Shown here piece by piece: positions 1 through 12,350 of a stretch of DNA of 64,000 nucleotides. The first letter of the stretch is position 1. Each line of letters starts with the position of its first letter. The DNA comes from Geosiphon pyriformis uo1 (lineage: Eukaryota > Fungi > Glomeromycota), in NCBI GenBank assembly GCA_016748015.1, contig JAAOMT010000096.1, forward strand, positions 263,155 to 327,154, read 5' to 3'. The position numbers and the translations under genes are program-made. Under the pieces are notes generated by a model that was not told where the DNA came from, did not search any database, and saw only the letters and a list, made by a program, of their open reading frames with translations.

Positions 1-570
1 AAATTGCTGTAAAATTTGTCTTAAAACTTCCATAATTTGTTGTCATGATTGAAAATTTTAATTTACGTCCCACGAATTCGTACATAGGCCAACAGTGTTT
101 ATGAAAATTTATATGTTAAATTAATTCTTTTAAAAACTTTCAATATGATTAACCTTTCGTCAAAGAAAGTCGCTTTCAAAATAACATTTTTTTTAAAATT
201 CAAGTTTTAAAATTTTTAAGATCAAATTTAAAGCAAAAATTTTATATTGTAATGAATTTACCTTGAATAATTGGTTTAAATTGTTCTTTACAACTTCCTG
301 CAAAATAACTTTCCACGCGACCATAAAATGCTCTACTTTCCTATTGACTATAACTTACAAAATTTTGATAGGATTTAGGTTGGGACAGTGGAATGGCTGA
401 GAAAGTTTTCTTGAAAGAATTTTCGAGTTTACAACAGATATGCTTGACCAATTGTTGCCTAAAATCTTATCTCACCTTTGTTACATAGTTCAAATAAATT
501 TTATCTAGACTTTCATTACATATTTTTTATATACATTTAAATTATTGAAATAAATTTTAAGATTTCTATT

Positions 571-620
571 TTTAATTATTTTTAATTATTTTCAATTATT
601 TTCAATTATTTTCAATTATT
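571..620. repeat. 10-bp tandem repeat (TTYAATTATT) x5
   Basis: tttaattatt x2 followed by ttcaattatt x3, read directly. Confidence 0.85.
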
Positions 621-701
621 TTTTGTAAGTTTATTTAGGCTGTTATTAAAGGATATAAATAATTATTAAATTTGATCTTATGTTAAAAATCAAGTTACCT
701 A

Positions 702-1377
702 ATGCACTCAAACTCCTGTAAAATCAAAGGTAAAGTCGTTAAGTACTCTTGACTCAATGTTCACCCGCAATATCACCGAAATCGCTTAAGTAACTGGTGT
801 TTTCTTCGCTCCTATCAACGCTATGTCGCCCTACTTTTCAATAGCAAATTTCTCCAGGTTGAGAAAATCGTTCACGAAAATCATTTCGTTACTGCAGCGA
901 GAATCAAAGCGTTCAAAGAAATGCATACAGGTTTAAAGTTGGCAAATAAACTGCTTAAAATAAGCTTTCATTGTAAGTCTATCTAAGCATGTCACTCACC
1001 TCCAAGCAAGACCTCCATGTCGTGTTTTGCCATGGCCATAATGTAGTTATCATTGAAAATTTTTAGGCTGTTTCGAAGCATAATGTGGAGAAAAAAGTAA
1101 AAGAAATGGTAGAAAAAAATGGTCTCTAGAGGTTTTTATTGAGAGTAAAAAAGAATGGGCAAATCATCCAGAGGAGTGATATTTATTAATATTGATAACA
1201 TGCTTGCACATATTCAGGCTTGTGTAAATCCAGAAGGAGGCCATACTAAACATTAGTTTCTATATATATCATAGCATTGGTATTAAAATATTTTGAATGA
1301 TAAGTTTTTCTGGGTTTGTATTTAAAAAAATTGTGTAATCCAAAAGAGTTGTTCTCCATTACTTCCCGCCAGGGCTG
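702..1377 (+). mobile_element. Internally deleted, degenerate Tc1/mariner-superfamily transposon remnant
   Basis: Manual translation gives HTH-like pieces (TEIA*VTGV, RSYQRYVALL, EKIVHENHFVTAARIK) and a Tc1-type C-terminus: RVLPWP*..IENF*AVSKHNVEKK (WPxxSPDLNPIENLW motif with PDLNP missing) and IDNMLAHIQACVNPEGGHTKH* ending at 1256. A right end ...AGGGCTG|TA lies at 1377-1379. No left TIR found; most of the DDE core is absent. Confidence 0.75.
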
Positions 1378-2355
1378 TATTTGAAGTATTTTGGGCTAAA
1401 TTTTCAAAAGAAACCGTCTTTTGAGAACAAGTTAAGTTTCCTAGGGAAAAACAGCTTATGTGATCATATTTTGTGGTATTTATATGATCGCTTATGATGT
1501 TTATTTAAATGTCTATTTTTTTCACCATAATTTCTAGTGTTTTTAAAACTTTTATGATTATAGGTTTAACCTTATTGAAAAGAAAAAATGCTGTTGATTA
1601 ATTATCTCCTTTGAGTTTTTTTTGAAAAGATTTTAAAAGTTAGCAATTAGATTTTATTATTATTTACAAAAAAATACAATTCATAAAGCATTGTTAACCC
1701 ATAAGTTGTATCTAAATAAAATTGCTTTCTTACTTAAAATTTTCTAACTCTGTTTTTGGTAAGAATATTTTTGATTTTTTCGTTTTATTGTAAGTTTTAA
1801 GAAATAAAAAAGTTTATTTTCAAAATTAAATATCTCCAATAATAACAAAATAATATTCAGCAATTTTAAAATTATTAGAAAAACGATCTACCAAAGGGCA
1901 AAAAGGGTCATTGAAAATTTAATGAATTGGTAAACTTCATGACCAAAGCTAAACTATAAATACAGCCAAAAATTTCTTTCCTGAAAGATGGTGGTTGCAT
2001 TCTTTAAATTTGGATATTTTCGTGATTCGGTTATCATTTTGGTCTAAATTCTATGTTTAAATTACCTTCATTTATTTATTGCATCAAGATATGACCATTT
2101 GAAGACAACAGATTCGATATTATCTTAATAAAAAGATTTCATCGAGCTTTCACGAAAAAGCAATTGAAAACAATTGTACTAAGAGACATTACAGGAGTTG
2201 TCAAGCCAAGTGGATCACTTGAATAGACTGGATTTGCTTTGAATATGCAAATTTCTGGAGAAGTAACTGGAAAACTGATCATAGGTCGTAAGTAATATTC
2301 TTTGCTTGTTAATTTCAATTAATAGTTCTAGTTACTTAATTGAATTTGATAATAG

Positions 2356-3020
2356 TGTTACAGTTTAAAATTTCCTTTTTCTTTAACATAGTATTTTATT
2401 TTTAAATTATATTAATCCTTTATTAGCAATTGATATCACATATTTTAGCCACATATTTGTAGAATTAGTCATTAACTTGATTATTGACCTAATCCTTGAC
2501 TTGTTTATTGACTGAATTGTTGACCTGATTATTGACCAAACTGTTGATTTAATCATTAACTTGGTCAACCATCCTTTTTAAAAGATATATAAACAAGACT
2601 CGCTACCATTTGAATATCACCAATTCAATTTACTTTTTTATCTTTCTCATATTTGTTTTCCTTTTTGATCTGGTATCTTTGGATAAAAGATTACAATTCC
2701 TTTCTCTTAATTTCTATTTATTGTTAGTTTAATAAGAAGTATTCTTGAATAAACAACTGATACCTGTTATTGAGTTTTAAGAGCACCAATTAAAGAATAG
2801 AATTATAGCAGTTATGTTATTTTTTATTAACAATACAAACTATTTTCCACCTTGAAATTTTTTCAAAAAAATTAGTGGTTGTGATTTTATGAGATTAATA
2901 TATTAATTGAATCCTTTACTCATTTAATTTGCTTCTTTGATTAAATTTATTTCAATTGGTTTCATTGCCAGACAATACTTGTTTTCTTTGTTATTTTATC
3001 CCAAAATTTAACAATATAAC
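2356..3020 (+). mobile_element. Probable solo LTR
   Basis: Starts TGTTACAG and has a 12-bp tandem array (2471-2566), TATA-like GATATATAAA (~2584) and AATAAA (~2748). It is colinear with the two eroded direct repeats at ~54800-55290 and ~57300-57930. The 3' end is approximate and no TSD was seen. Confidence 0.6.
2471..2566 (+). repeat. 8 x 12-bp degenerate tandem array (consensus ATTGACYTGATT) inside the LTR
   Basis: attaacttgatt/attgacctaatc/cttgacttgttt/attgactgaatt/gttgacctgatt/attgaccaaact/gttgatttaatc/attaacttggtc. Confidence 0.85.
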
Positions 3021-3231
3021 TCCCAAATTTTTAATATTTGTGTTTATAAATATATTTTTGGTTGTGTTATTTAAACACTAGACTTAACAACAAACTTGTA
3101 TAATGCTTAGTATTAATAATGCTATAATCAAAGTATTTTATTCAATTTAGTAATCTTTTAGTAAATTTTGTTATAGTTTAACCAAATGTAAGCTAATATT
3201 AAAAAAATTAATAACAAATAAAGACATATCG

Positions 3232-3677
3232 TATATGACCGAAAAGAAGAAACCTATTTTTGTGATCATCAAGCCCTCTAAAATGGAAAGTTTCTTATGG
3301 TTCGAATCTTTCACGTATATAATAGTACAAATAATCAACAGAAAAAAAGTCTCTTTTTTGCTTTTTCTGTTTTTTTATATATTATTTCAGATGCACTTTA
3401 ATGAATTAAAAGTAATAATTAAAATATAGATATAGTAAAATTAAATATTGAAGATTATAAAAAAATAGTATATTAAAAGAAAATAAATATATTATTTTTA
3501 GTATTAATAAGTATTAAATATTAAATATTAATATTGACAAATTTTATATTATGATAGGATTATAAATTATTTAAAAAAAATTAAAGGTTTCTTATTTTCA
3601 AACTTATTATTATTTTATAAATTTTTTCTGAAGCTAAAAGTTTTTTATTTTCGAGGATTACCTATTTTGGTCATATA
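3232..3677. mobile_element. Possible degenerate MITE with ~24-bp terminal inverted repeats
   Basis: TATATGACCGAAAAGAAGAAACCT (3232-3255) matches the reverse complement of 3654-3677 at 17/24 positions, first 9 perfect. An internal 15-mer inverted copy with one mismatch lies at 3585-3599. Confidence 0.35.
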
Positions 3678-5240
3678 AAGTAAAAATATTAAATCAACAA
3701 TTATTTTTCGTATATGATTATATAAGACATTTTTATTTTATTCGTATTTTAATATTTACAGCCACTGTTACTGGTATAATTTTTATATTTTTCTCTCTGT
3801 TTTGTATTTATTTTGTGAAAAATAATTCCAATTGCTTTCTAGCTCTAGCAGTGAAAGGTCTTTTAAGTATAATAACTTAACTTAGAAGGTTGTTAATTAG
3901 TTTAAAGAGTCATAATATAACTGTTAATTTTTAGTGAATTTTGAGTACTTTTTTTTTATGTGTCCAAACTCAATAATAGAGTGGTCAATCCAAAAGTAAA
4001 AAATATAAATAAAATAAATTTAGAATGTTAATTTCCAATCTTAATTTCAAACCAGTTTTGCAAGCTGTTCATTTTGAATTATTAGATCTCAGTTTAAAAC
4101 GGGGTTTAAAATGGTTTAATATTTAAAAATTTAACAATTAATCTACCAAAGATTAATTGGGTTTTTAGGTTTATCAAAATTTAAAGACCAATAATAATAT
4201 TTAAGCAGAGAAAGAAATAATTGTTTTAACATTAATTATTTCATAGAAAATTAAAGAATCACATTTTAAAATGTTATTTTTTGAATTTAGAACATTAAAA
4301 GAAATTTATTTTATAATTGGTTTTTAAATAAGAATTTGTAAATATTTGAAAAAAGAATTTGAAAAATTCGAAATTAATAAAAGTTGTTATTTTACTTTAA
4401 AACTATTTATATACCGTTTTTTTGAAAAAATTTCAATGTTTTGTTATTGGTCTAATTGTTGTTTTTAATTATTTTCTTAATGGGGCTAATTTACTGTTAA
4501 GAATTTATTTTAATAACTTTTTTAAACGTCCTCAATTTTATTAATTTAATATTTGTATAATTTTTTGTCCTGTTGGCATGTTTTTTAAATATATAATAAA
4601 TTAAAATTTATGATAAATTATTTTCAAGTGTAAAATTTTCAAGTTTAACTTATTTGAAAAAATTGAAAAAAGTGTAATAAAAATTATTTTTTTGCTTAAT
4701 ATATTACTTAACATTTTAATTGACATTTTTAACTATTAGATAAAGTAAATATTAGTTAAACTGTTTGAATTAAACCATTTTCTAGATGACTATATTTTAA
4801 TTCTATTTTATAAATTTGTAAATATATTTTAATATTTTTGAAAATAGTAAATATTTTGAAAAGTATAAAAAATGTTTTAACCAAATTTTTAAATCTTCAA
4901 ATATGTTACTGTTGATGTTGTTTTTGATTAAGTTATGCAATATTCGAAAAACCATTTTTATATTTTTTTGATATCTCAAATTTTTTGTGGTTATATTTAT
5001 TAACTTTTAATTAAAAGTAGTTGTTGGTTTGTTGTTTTTCAAGTTTTTTTAATTAAAAAACCGTAAATATTATCAAAATTATTATTAAAACATTTATTTT
5101 TTAAAAAGAAAAAGCTTTTAAGAATTATTCAAAAGTTTAAAATTATTAAATTCTAAATTAATTTTAATAAAAGTAGTAGTTAATTGATTAATTCTAATTA
5201 AAACAAAAACTAATTTCAAAAGTAATTTTAATTTGGTTAA

Positions 5241-6050
5241 ACGGTGTTTCAAGGGTCTGTATGAAATCTTAATTACGCAACATGAGAAATGGAACAGGCA
5301 CAAAAACGTATGGACAATGAGGTAGCGAATATTGTGGACTGGGAGATAAACATGGAAGTTTGATACCTGGACTCCGCCTTTGAAATTGGAGATCACAAGC
5401 AAGAAGTCAGCAGGTTTTCGCAGATACGCGATGAAGGCTCTATACAGCTTGTTGCCAGGCACTGAAAGGAAAAAAATTTACAAAAGTATTTCAGCTTCAA
5501 ATATTTCAAATGTGGCCATGTTGAGTCATTAGATCATGTCTTAGGTGTTGTGCTAACATGGAGGTAAGAGTGTCCATTTTGTGTGGATGCGAAATTTCTA
5601 AATCTGTGGTTGGCAAACATTGATATAATTTGGCTATTTGGCTGTTTTGAGAGGTTCTGAGTCAAGAATTTATGCTAAAACTCGTGCGAGAACATGAATG
5701 ACGCTGGCCAAGAGATTCGTTTTCAAGGCTTAGGACGTAGATTCATATAAGGCTTTCAGCTGCCAAAATTGGCCATAGTAAAGATTGTGGAATTTGTCAG
5801 GATCATGGATATAGAAAAGAAGTGATTTCAGTTGGAGAAAGATGGTTTGATTGAGGATGAGGATGCTGAAATTATCAATCCTGTGATAGTTTCAATAAGG
5901 AAATTTTGCATATGGTGGTAAGGTGTGGCATTTTATTAGTGGAATGGGTTTGAGGAAAGGTTACAAATGGTCTCGAATGCTACTAGTATGTTAGGTAAAA
6001 GTTTGCTAATTTTGCCTTGATATGTAGAAAGCACATGAGTCATGTTTTAA
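5241..6050 (+). mobile_element. 5'-truncated, frameshifted 3' fragment of a divergent LINE related to the larger copies
   Basis: Translates in pieces to VDWE..V*YLDS, ITSKKSAGFRRYAMKALYSLLPGTERKKIY, FKCGHVESLDHV (CCHC region), TLAKRFVFKA*, LAIVKIVEFVR and EKDGLI. These match the ORF2 C-termini at 45990-46682 and 61344-62050. The 3'-UTR motif ATGTAGAAAGCACATGAGTCATGT lies at 6022-6045. Confidence 0.8.
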
Positions 6051-8190
6051 TATAAAATATGTAACTGTTATGCATTTAAAAAAATATATTTTTGAGTAAG
6101 AAATAATTTGATAATATAATATTAAATCGATATCAAAAATTTTACTTTAGCATCCAATATGTACATATTCTATATTAAACACAATTTATGCTTTTATTCC
6201 ACATTTGATTAGCCACATATTATTCAAATTAATTTTTAGATATTTGAGAAATTTTTCATTTGAAAATATAATAATTAGTTTAAACCTATTAAAAATTTTA
6301 TTTATATGTGTTGAAAACGCATGATTCACATCTATAGTAACTATTTTGTATTTAGAATAAACAGTAGAAGGATCACACTTTGTCAAATCAATAAAAAAAT
6401 TTAAAAATTTAAAAAAAAAAACAAATATGTTGGTTGTTTTGAACTTATTTTAATTAAATAGAGTTTGTAATTGTTAATTTTCTAAACAATTAATTACAGA
6501 ATTATTTAACAAATATGGATTTATTCAAATCTAATAAAGCAAATTATTAAAAATTCACTTTTATTTTTATTTACTATCTTAATAATCAGATATTTAATTT
6601 ATTTTTAAGTAAAAATAATCAGTATTAAACTATTGTTCTCCAATTAAAAAACTCATTTGACATTTTCATTTTCTTTAATATCATTTATGTATTTCTTTAT
6701 TGTCTTTTGCATTTTTATTGTACGACACTTTTATCTTTGTTGAATATAGAAAAAAAAACTCAATATTCAATTAAATAAACAATTTATGACTTCCGTTAAA
6801 ATTTTTACCATTCTAAAATGTAATCATCTAATTGTTGAAAAAAAAATTCATTATTGCCTAATTAACAATAATTAAAAAAAAAACCACAATTTGCTATTAA
6901 AAAAAGCTTTAACGTACAATAATTTAGAAAATTTTAATTTTGTAAAATATAAAAAGATTGGGAATATTTATTAATATCAAAAGTAAATATTCTAAATTTT
7001 TTTGGTTAAAAAGTTTATTAGAAAATCCAAAATGAGAAAATTGGGTAAATTAATAAAAAAATAGGTTTTCACAAAAGCCAGATTGTTATTTAATTCAATT
7101 TTTAAGAAATTTACAAAAAGAAATATTGGAAAACTTTTTGATTACATAATTATTTATAAAATTTTTGAAAAATTTATAAAAATAAACTTTATTCTACAAT
7201 AAATTGAAAAATAAGTTTCAAACTTTTCGAAAAATTAAATATTTTAGGTATTATACTTTTTTGTTATTTGCCAATATGTTTTTTTTATACAAGTTTTAAA
7301 TAATATTTTTTAATTTTATTAAAACTTAATAAAAATAATTAAAAATAATAAATATTAGTAATATTTTATTTAAAAATCAAAAGCTTTTTTTAATTAAAAC
7401 TGTAAATATTAAATAAAATTTAAATAATTTCAAACGTAAAAAATAATTTATGTTCTAGAATATGAAATTTAATTAATCTTTAAAAGTTATAAGGTTAGAG
7501 TAAATTTTATTAAATATTTTTAAAATTTTCAAAGTTATTTTTAGAAGGAGTTTTTTGATTGTGTTTTTTAGAATATTTAAAAGAAAAATCCTTTTTCATA
7601 TTCAGCCAAAAAAGTAACGTGTTTAGGCTTTTATTGCAGTGGCCAAACTTCTTGATGGCAAAATTGATTAAATTTTGATTTCAGTGGTTAAAAATCTCCC
7701 GATCGGGGCAAATTAATATCATTACTAAATATCAAAATAAGTCGTCACTTTAAACGCCAAATCCCAGAAACGGGATGACAGATGATCACATGCTTTAATT
7801 AAATATCTAGCATGTTTTAAAAATCGGCGATCAAAGAAAGTAAATCACATGCATGTGGGAAATTTTTTTTCAACTGTCAATATAATACAGCTGCAGTAAG
7901 ATATTTTACTTTAACTCACAACGCAAACGCTATGCTATGAATTTTTGATTACCAACTTGCATATTTAAAATTTCATTACATACCAGATTTAATGAAGACT
8001 AAGTTTATCCCATCACCCTGTGATATTTTGTTTTCTTTGTCTCATGATATAATCTGATTTTTCATATTTAAGGATGGGTGAGGTTAAGAATTCAAGTTTA
8101 ATGAAATAGCAAGAAACTCAAATTGTCCTTTAAGAAATTTTCTTTCCCGTTTGACAACCCATCCTTCTTTCTTTTTTTTTTTTGAAGCAA

Positions 8191-9371
8191 ATGACAATGA
8201 TTCAGATTTTCAGGATGAAAAATAACAATCAACCAGAACTTATCTTCGAGAAAAACACTATTATTTCAACAAAATGCAGAAAAGTCTCGAAAAAATTTGA
8301 ATACTGGCTTGGGGTCAACAGTGCAATATCTGATAAACGACTCTTAAATAAATCTCTTGATCTCGAAGAACGATGGTCGCTAGAAATTTTTTCAAATATT
8401 TGCTGTTATCTGACACCCGTGGATCTCTGTTCATTACAAAAAACTTGTAAATATTTTAACAACCTATTAAGATCACCAATTGACTTGATAACACAAAAAA
8501 TATGGGAAACTTCACGAGTTCGCTTTTGTCCCTACTTAACTCTATCACCACCTGAGGGAATGTCTGAGCAAGAATATCAACGAATTACAGATTTTTCATC
8601 TGGTTGTCAACTATGTGGTGACAAAGAGGTGCCCACAAGAATTTATTGGACTGTTGAAATTCGGTGTTGTAAAGAATGTCTCAAGAAAAAAGTTGTAAGG
8701 TAAATATAATATTTTTTAGCAAGAGTTTTCGCAAATGGAACGTTCAGAGTATTCTTTCATTTGTTATTTTCCGATTTTTGTGGATTGATAACAGTAAGCA
8801 ACACCTGAAAAAAGAATGGGATCTCCCTCAAGAATTAATAGACTCACTTCCGACCATGACTCAGCATGATATTTTTGACGATGGTGAAATTTATCTCTGG
8901 AAATCAGACATAAGCACCGTGATAAATGAATATTTACTACTTTCTGTGTTCGCTGCTCAAGAATGGCTCTATGAAATTTCATCACAATCAAAAATTATTG
9001 CACAAAAAACAGCTGAACGTGAATCATGGGATAAAAGGCGTATTCTATGCAAAATTCTGACGGAAAATACTAAATATAAGGAATTGTTACAAAAGCTATT
9101 TGATTCTTTCGGAATTGATCCAAATGTTTTTTGCTATGCTCTACAAAAGAGCAAAGATTACAAGAACTTTCTTGATGATATTAAGATGCGGCCATTTGGG
9201 CGACGTAATTGGGAAACGATCAAACGAAAATTGAGCAACGATATCAATTTAATTTTAAACGATCTGCACGAAAAGGAAAATTTAAAAGAATTGGGAGGGA
9301 ATGATAATTGGAAAGATTTGTGCCCAGCCCAAGAAAGAATGAAAATTGGAAAAGTAAATGATGTTGAATGA
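8191..9371 (+). CDS. F-box protein with downstream CxxC...CCxxC cluster (paralog 1); exons 8191-8699, 8795-9371; ~361 aa
   Basis: F-box motif SLEIFSNICCYLTPVDLCSLQKTCKYFNNLL. A GT-AG intron at 8700-8794 joins the two ORFs in frame (KKVV-S-KQHLKKEW), and the paralog at 30911-32174 has an intron at the same position. Start chosen by the shared CAA-ATG-ACA context. Confidence 0.85.
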
Positions 9372-10978
9372 GTTTTTACTTTACTGGCTTGAGAAAAGAC
9401 ATTCGGTGAGAGGAAATTACAATGAAATTTATTGAAAACTTTTACTCTTTTTAATATATTGATTTGGTAGCAATTATTGAAAATAAAAATTTAAAAATCA
9501 ACCTGTAACAAAACTCTAGATTTAATTTGTAACACTTTAGATGTCAAATTCTGTTTATAAGAAAAATCCCGGATCACTTCCTAACATCGAGGCATCAGTT
9601 AATTATCTGGATTTAACATTTTTCGCCGGTTTTGCAGATTCGAAAAAGAAGTGCTACAACACGGGATAATTGCGACCTTCGGTTTCGAGAGAATAAATTG
9701 GAAATTAAGCTCAATGGAATGATTTCCGGTTTTAGAAGCTATAATTTTCAAATATTGGATTTTACGCATTTGGAAGAGATTAGGAATCTTGAACATACTT
9801 GGTATTTGAAGCCCACAAACCAAGAACTTGAACATTTGAAAATTAGAGAGTGCTAAGGAATGTTTTCAGAGTTGAATATTTAAAAGTTCATTTTTAGAGA
9901 AAAAAATTTTCAAAACTAAAAAAACCAGTTTTGGAATTTTGGCGCTGATCTGATTATCGACTCTTTGAACTCTAGCATTTTAGGAACAAATCACATCAAA
10001 AAGTCCAGAACATATTCTTAAAAATTTTCAACTAGTGTCTTGAGTTGAATATCTGAATGATAATATTAAATGAAATACTGCCTAACTGATCCTGAAAAAT
10101 GACGATTCAATAGTGTGGACTCCTGCCGCTTGTTATTAAGTAAAAATCCAAACTAAAAAGTATAGCATTACATTTATATCCATTTTTATATATCAGTTCA
10201 ATCTCAAAGAATAGATGAAAACTAAATTCGGTTTAACATGAGAATCTTTTATGACTACCTTCATTTCCAAAAGAGCAAGAAATTCAGCAGATTTAGATTA
10301 ATATAACATTAGAAATTGAAAAGTACTCCCAGATATGAATTTTGCTATGTGACTTTTAACTTGATTTGCTTTTTGCTATTTATTTGTATCGATTTTCAAA
10401 AAAAAATTCCCCAAACAAAAATTTGTTTTGTACATCTGTTCCACAAATTCATTTACCCAGACACTCTTGCCTCTATTTGAACAAGGCTGATTTTACCTTT
10501 AAAAACATGATTATCATCAATTTAAACATATAGGGTAAGCACCAAAAAAATGGGCTGGATATAACTTTTTTGATTCACAAAATTATTATTTGAGCTATTG
10601 ATTGCCAAAATAATAATACAAAGCAGGATAATAAAATACAGAATTAGGAAAATGAAGAATTCCAGCGTAGAAAAAAACAATTAAAGGCGAAAAGTTGATC
10701 AATGCCAAAGTTTTCCTCTAAAAGATCGACTTTAGAAATGGGTATATCCAATTGAATAAAATTATTAAAATGATTATGTACACTAAGGTCTCATTGAAAA
10801 AAACTTTTTAAGTTTTTTCACATAACAAGACCGAATTTTTATATATTAAAATGCAAATGAAAATTATTTTTTTTAAATACTTTAAGAACATGTCACATAA
10901 AAGGTAAGTATCTAATTTAAAAAATCAATCAAGATATAAAATGTTTTAATGAAAATTTGTTAAATAGTTTTAAACTCT

Positions 10979-11022
10979 AAAGTTCATTTAAGAATGTATC
11001 CCAATATATTCTAATGAACTTT
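10979..11022. repeat. Short near-perfect inverted repeat (hairpin) with 4-nt loop
   Basis: AAAGTTCATTTAAGAATGTAT-CCCA-ATATATTCTAATGAACTTT. Confidence 0.6.
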
Positions 11023-12192
11023 GAACTTTTGAAAATAGATTCTAAAATTTCAAAAAGCGATCTAAAAGAAAACATAGCACAAAAACAAAATTAATGTAAT
11101 TAAAGAATGCTTTTTAAAATAAATAAATATCGAAGCCAATATTTAATTATATTAAACAATAATTTTTTATTTGACCTATTACATTTATCATCAAATGTTT
11201 ATTTTTTGAACTTGGAATAGTTATTTATTTGTAAAAAAAATTTTTTTTTTAATGATCAATCTTATATATATTATTTTTGATATAAAATAAAAATCAGTCT
11301 TTTGAAACCATAAAAAAATCATTAAAAAACCATCTTTTAAATTTATAATATAAAATATTTTTTGTTTTTTTGTTTTTTGAAAAATATTCAATAAATATTA
11401 ATTATAACAAATTTGAAGTCAAAATATTTAAAAGATTAAACAAAAAAAATTATATTTGAAATAAAGAAATAAAAAAGAATCAATAATTAAATTTATTTTA
11501 AAACAGAATTTTTGTTAAATATGATATCTAAAATTAATTTTAATAATATCTATTTTTTTTTAAAATAATTATTTTCAAATGCTAGTTTTTTATAACGCTT
11601 AAATTAAGACTATTAGAACATTTCTTTTTAATCATTGAAAAAATATTTTTTGTATACGAAAAGAAAATTGAAAAATTCTTTTTTTTTCAATTTATTTATA
11701 TTGAAATTTTATTAAAAAAATTTTAAATAAAATAAGTATAAGACAATTGATTTTGAAAAAAGTATTTTTTTATCCTAATATAATGAATAAATTAATTGAA
11801 TTAAATAATATATATTTAAAATTTTGAAAAAAATGAGATTAAAATAAACATTTTTTATTATTGTTTTTTTTTCACCAACTTTTATTATAAAAAAAAAGGT
11901 TAAAGTAACTTTATTTATTTTATTAAAAAGAATATATCATAAAAATTTTATAAGTTTCAATTATAAAATTAATAAAAATAGATTTTAAAATTTTTATAAT
12001 AAAAATACAAATGAAATTTTTTTTAAAATATTTTTTTCAATTATAAATTTTGTAGTATTTAAAATAAATCTACAAGAAAAAAACTATTATGACATTTTAA
12101 AAAATGATTTTGAATAAAATTTATTTTTTTTGTTATTAAAGAATAATTTATTCAATTTGATCAATTATTCATTTGAATAAGATTAAAAATAA

Positions 12193-12350
12193 TACCAAAA
12201 GTTGCTGACTTATAGATTCTCGACATAATATAATTCAAAGAGTTTTATCCCTATATAATTGTAAATACCCGGGTATAAAATTCAAAAGTTTTAGACCTAA
12301 AATCAATAGTGTTTTGTGTAATAAAGTCTACAAGTCAGCAACTTATGGTA
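12193..12350. mobile_element. MITE-like foldback element with 26-bp TIRs, TA ends and a central palindrome
   Basis: TACCAAAAGTTGCTGACTTATAGATT (12193-12218) is the reverse complement of AGTCTACAAGTCAGCAACTTATGGTA (12325-12350) with 3 mismatches. Palindrome ATACCCGGGTAT lies at 12265-12276. Confidence 0.7.

Noticed and set aside
2471-2566. Regular repeat array as a possible CRISPR
   Set aside because: Contiguous 12-bp units with no spacers, eukaryotic context and no cas genes
5118-5462. 114-aa minus-strand ORF
   Set aside because: Antisense to the LINE relic, running into A/T filler
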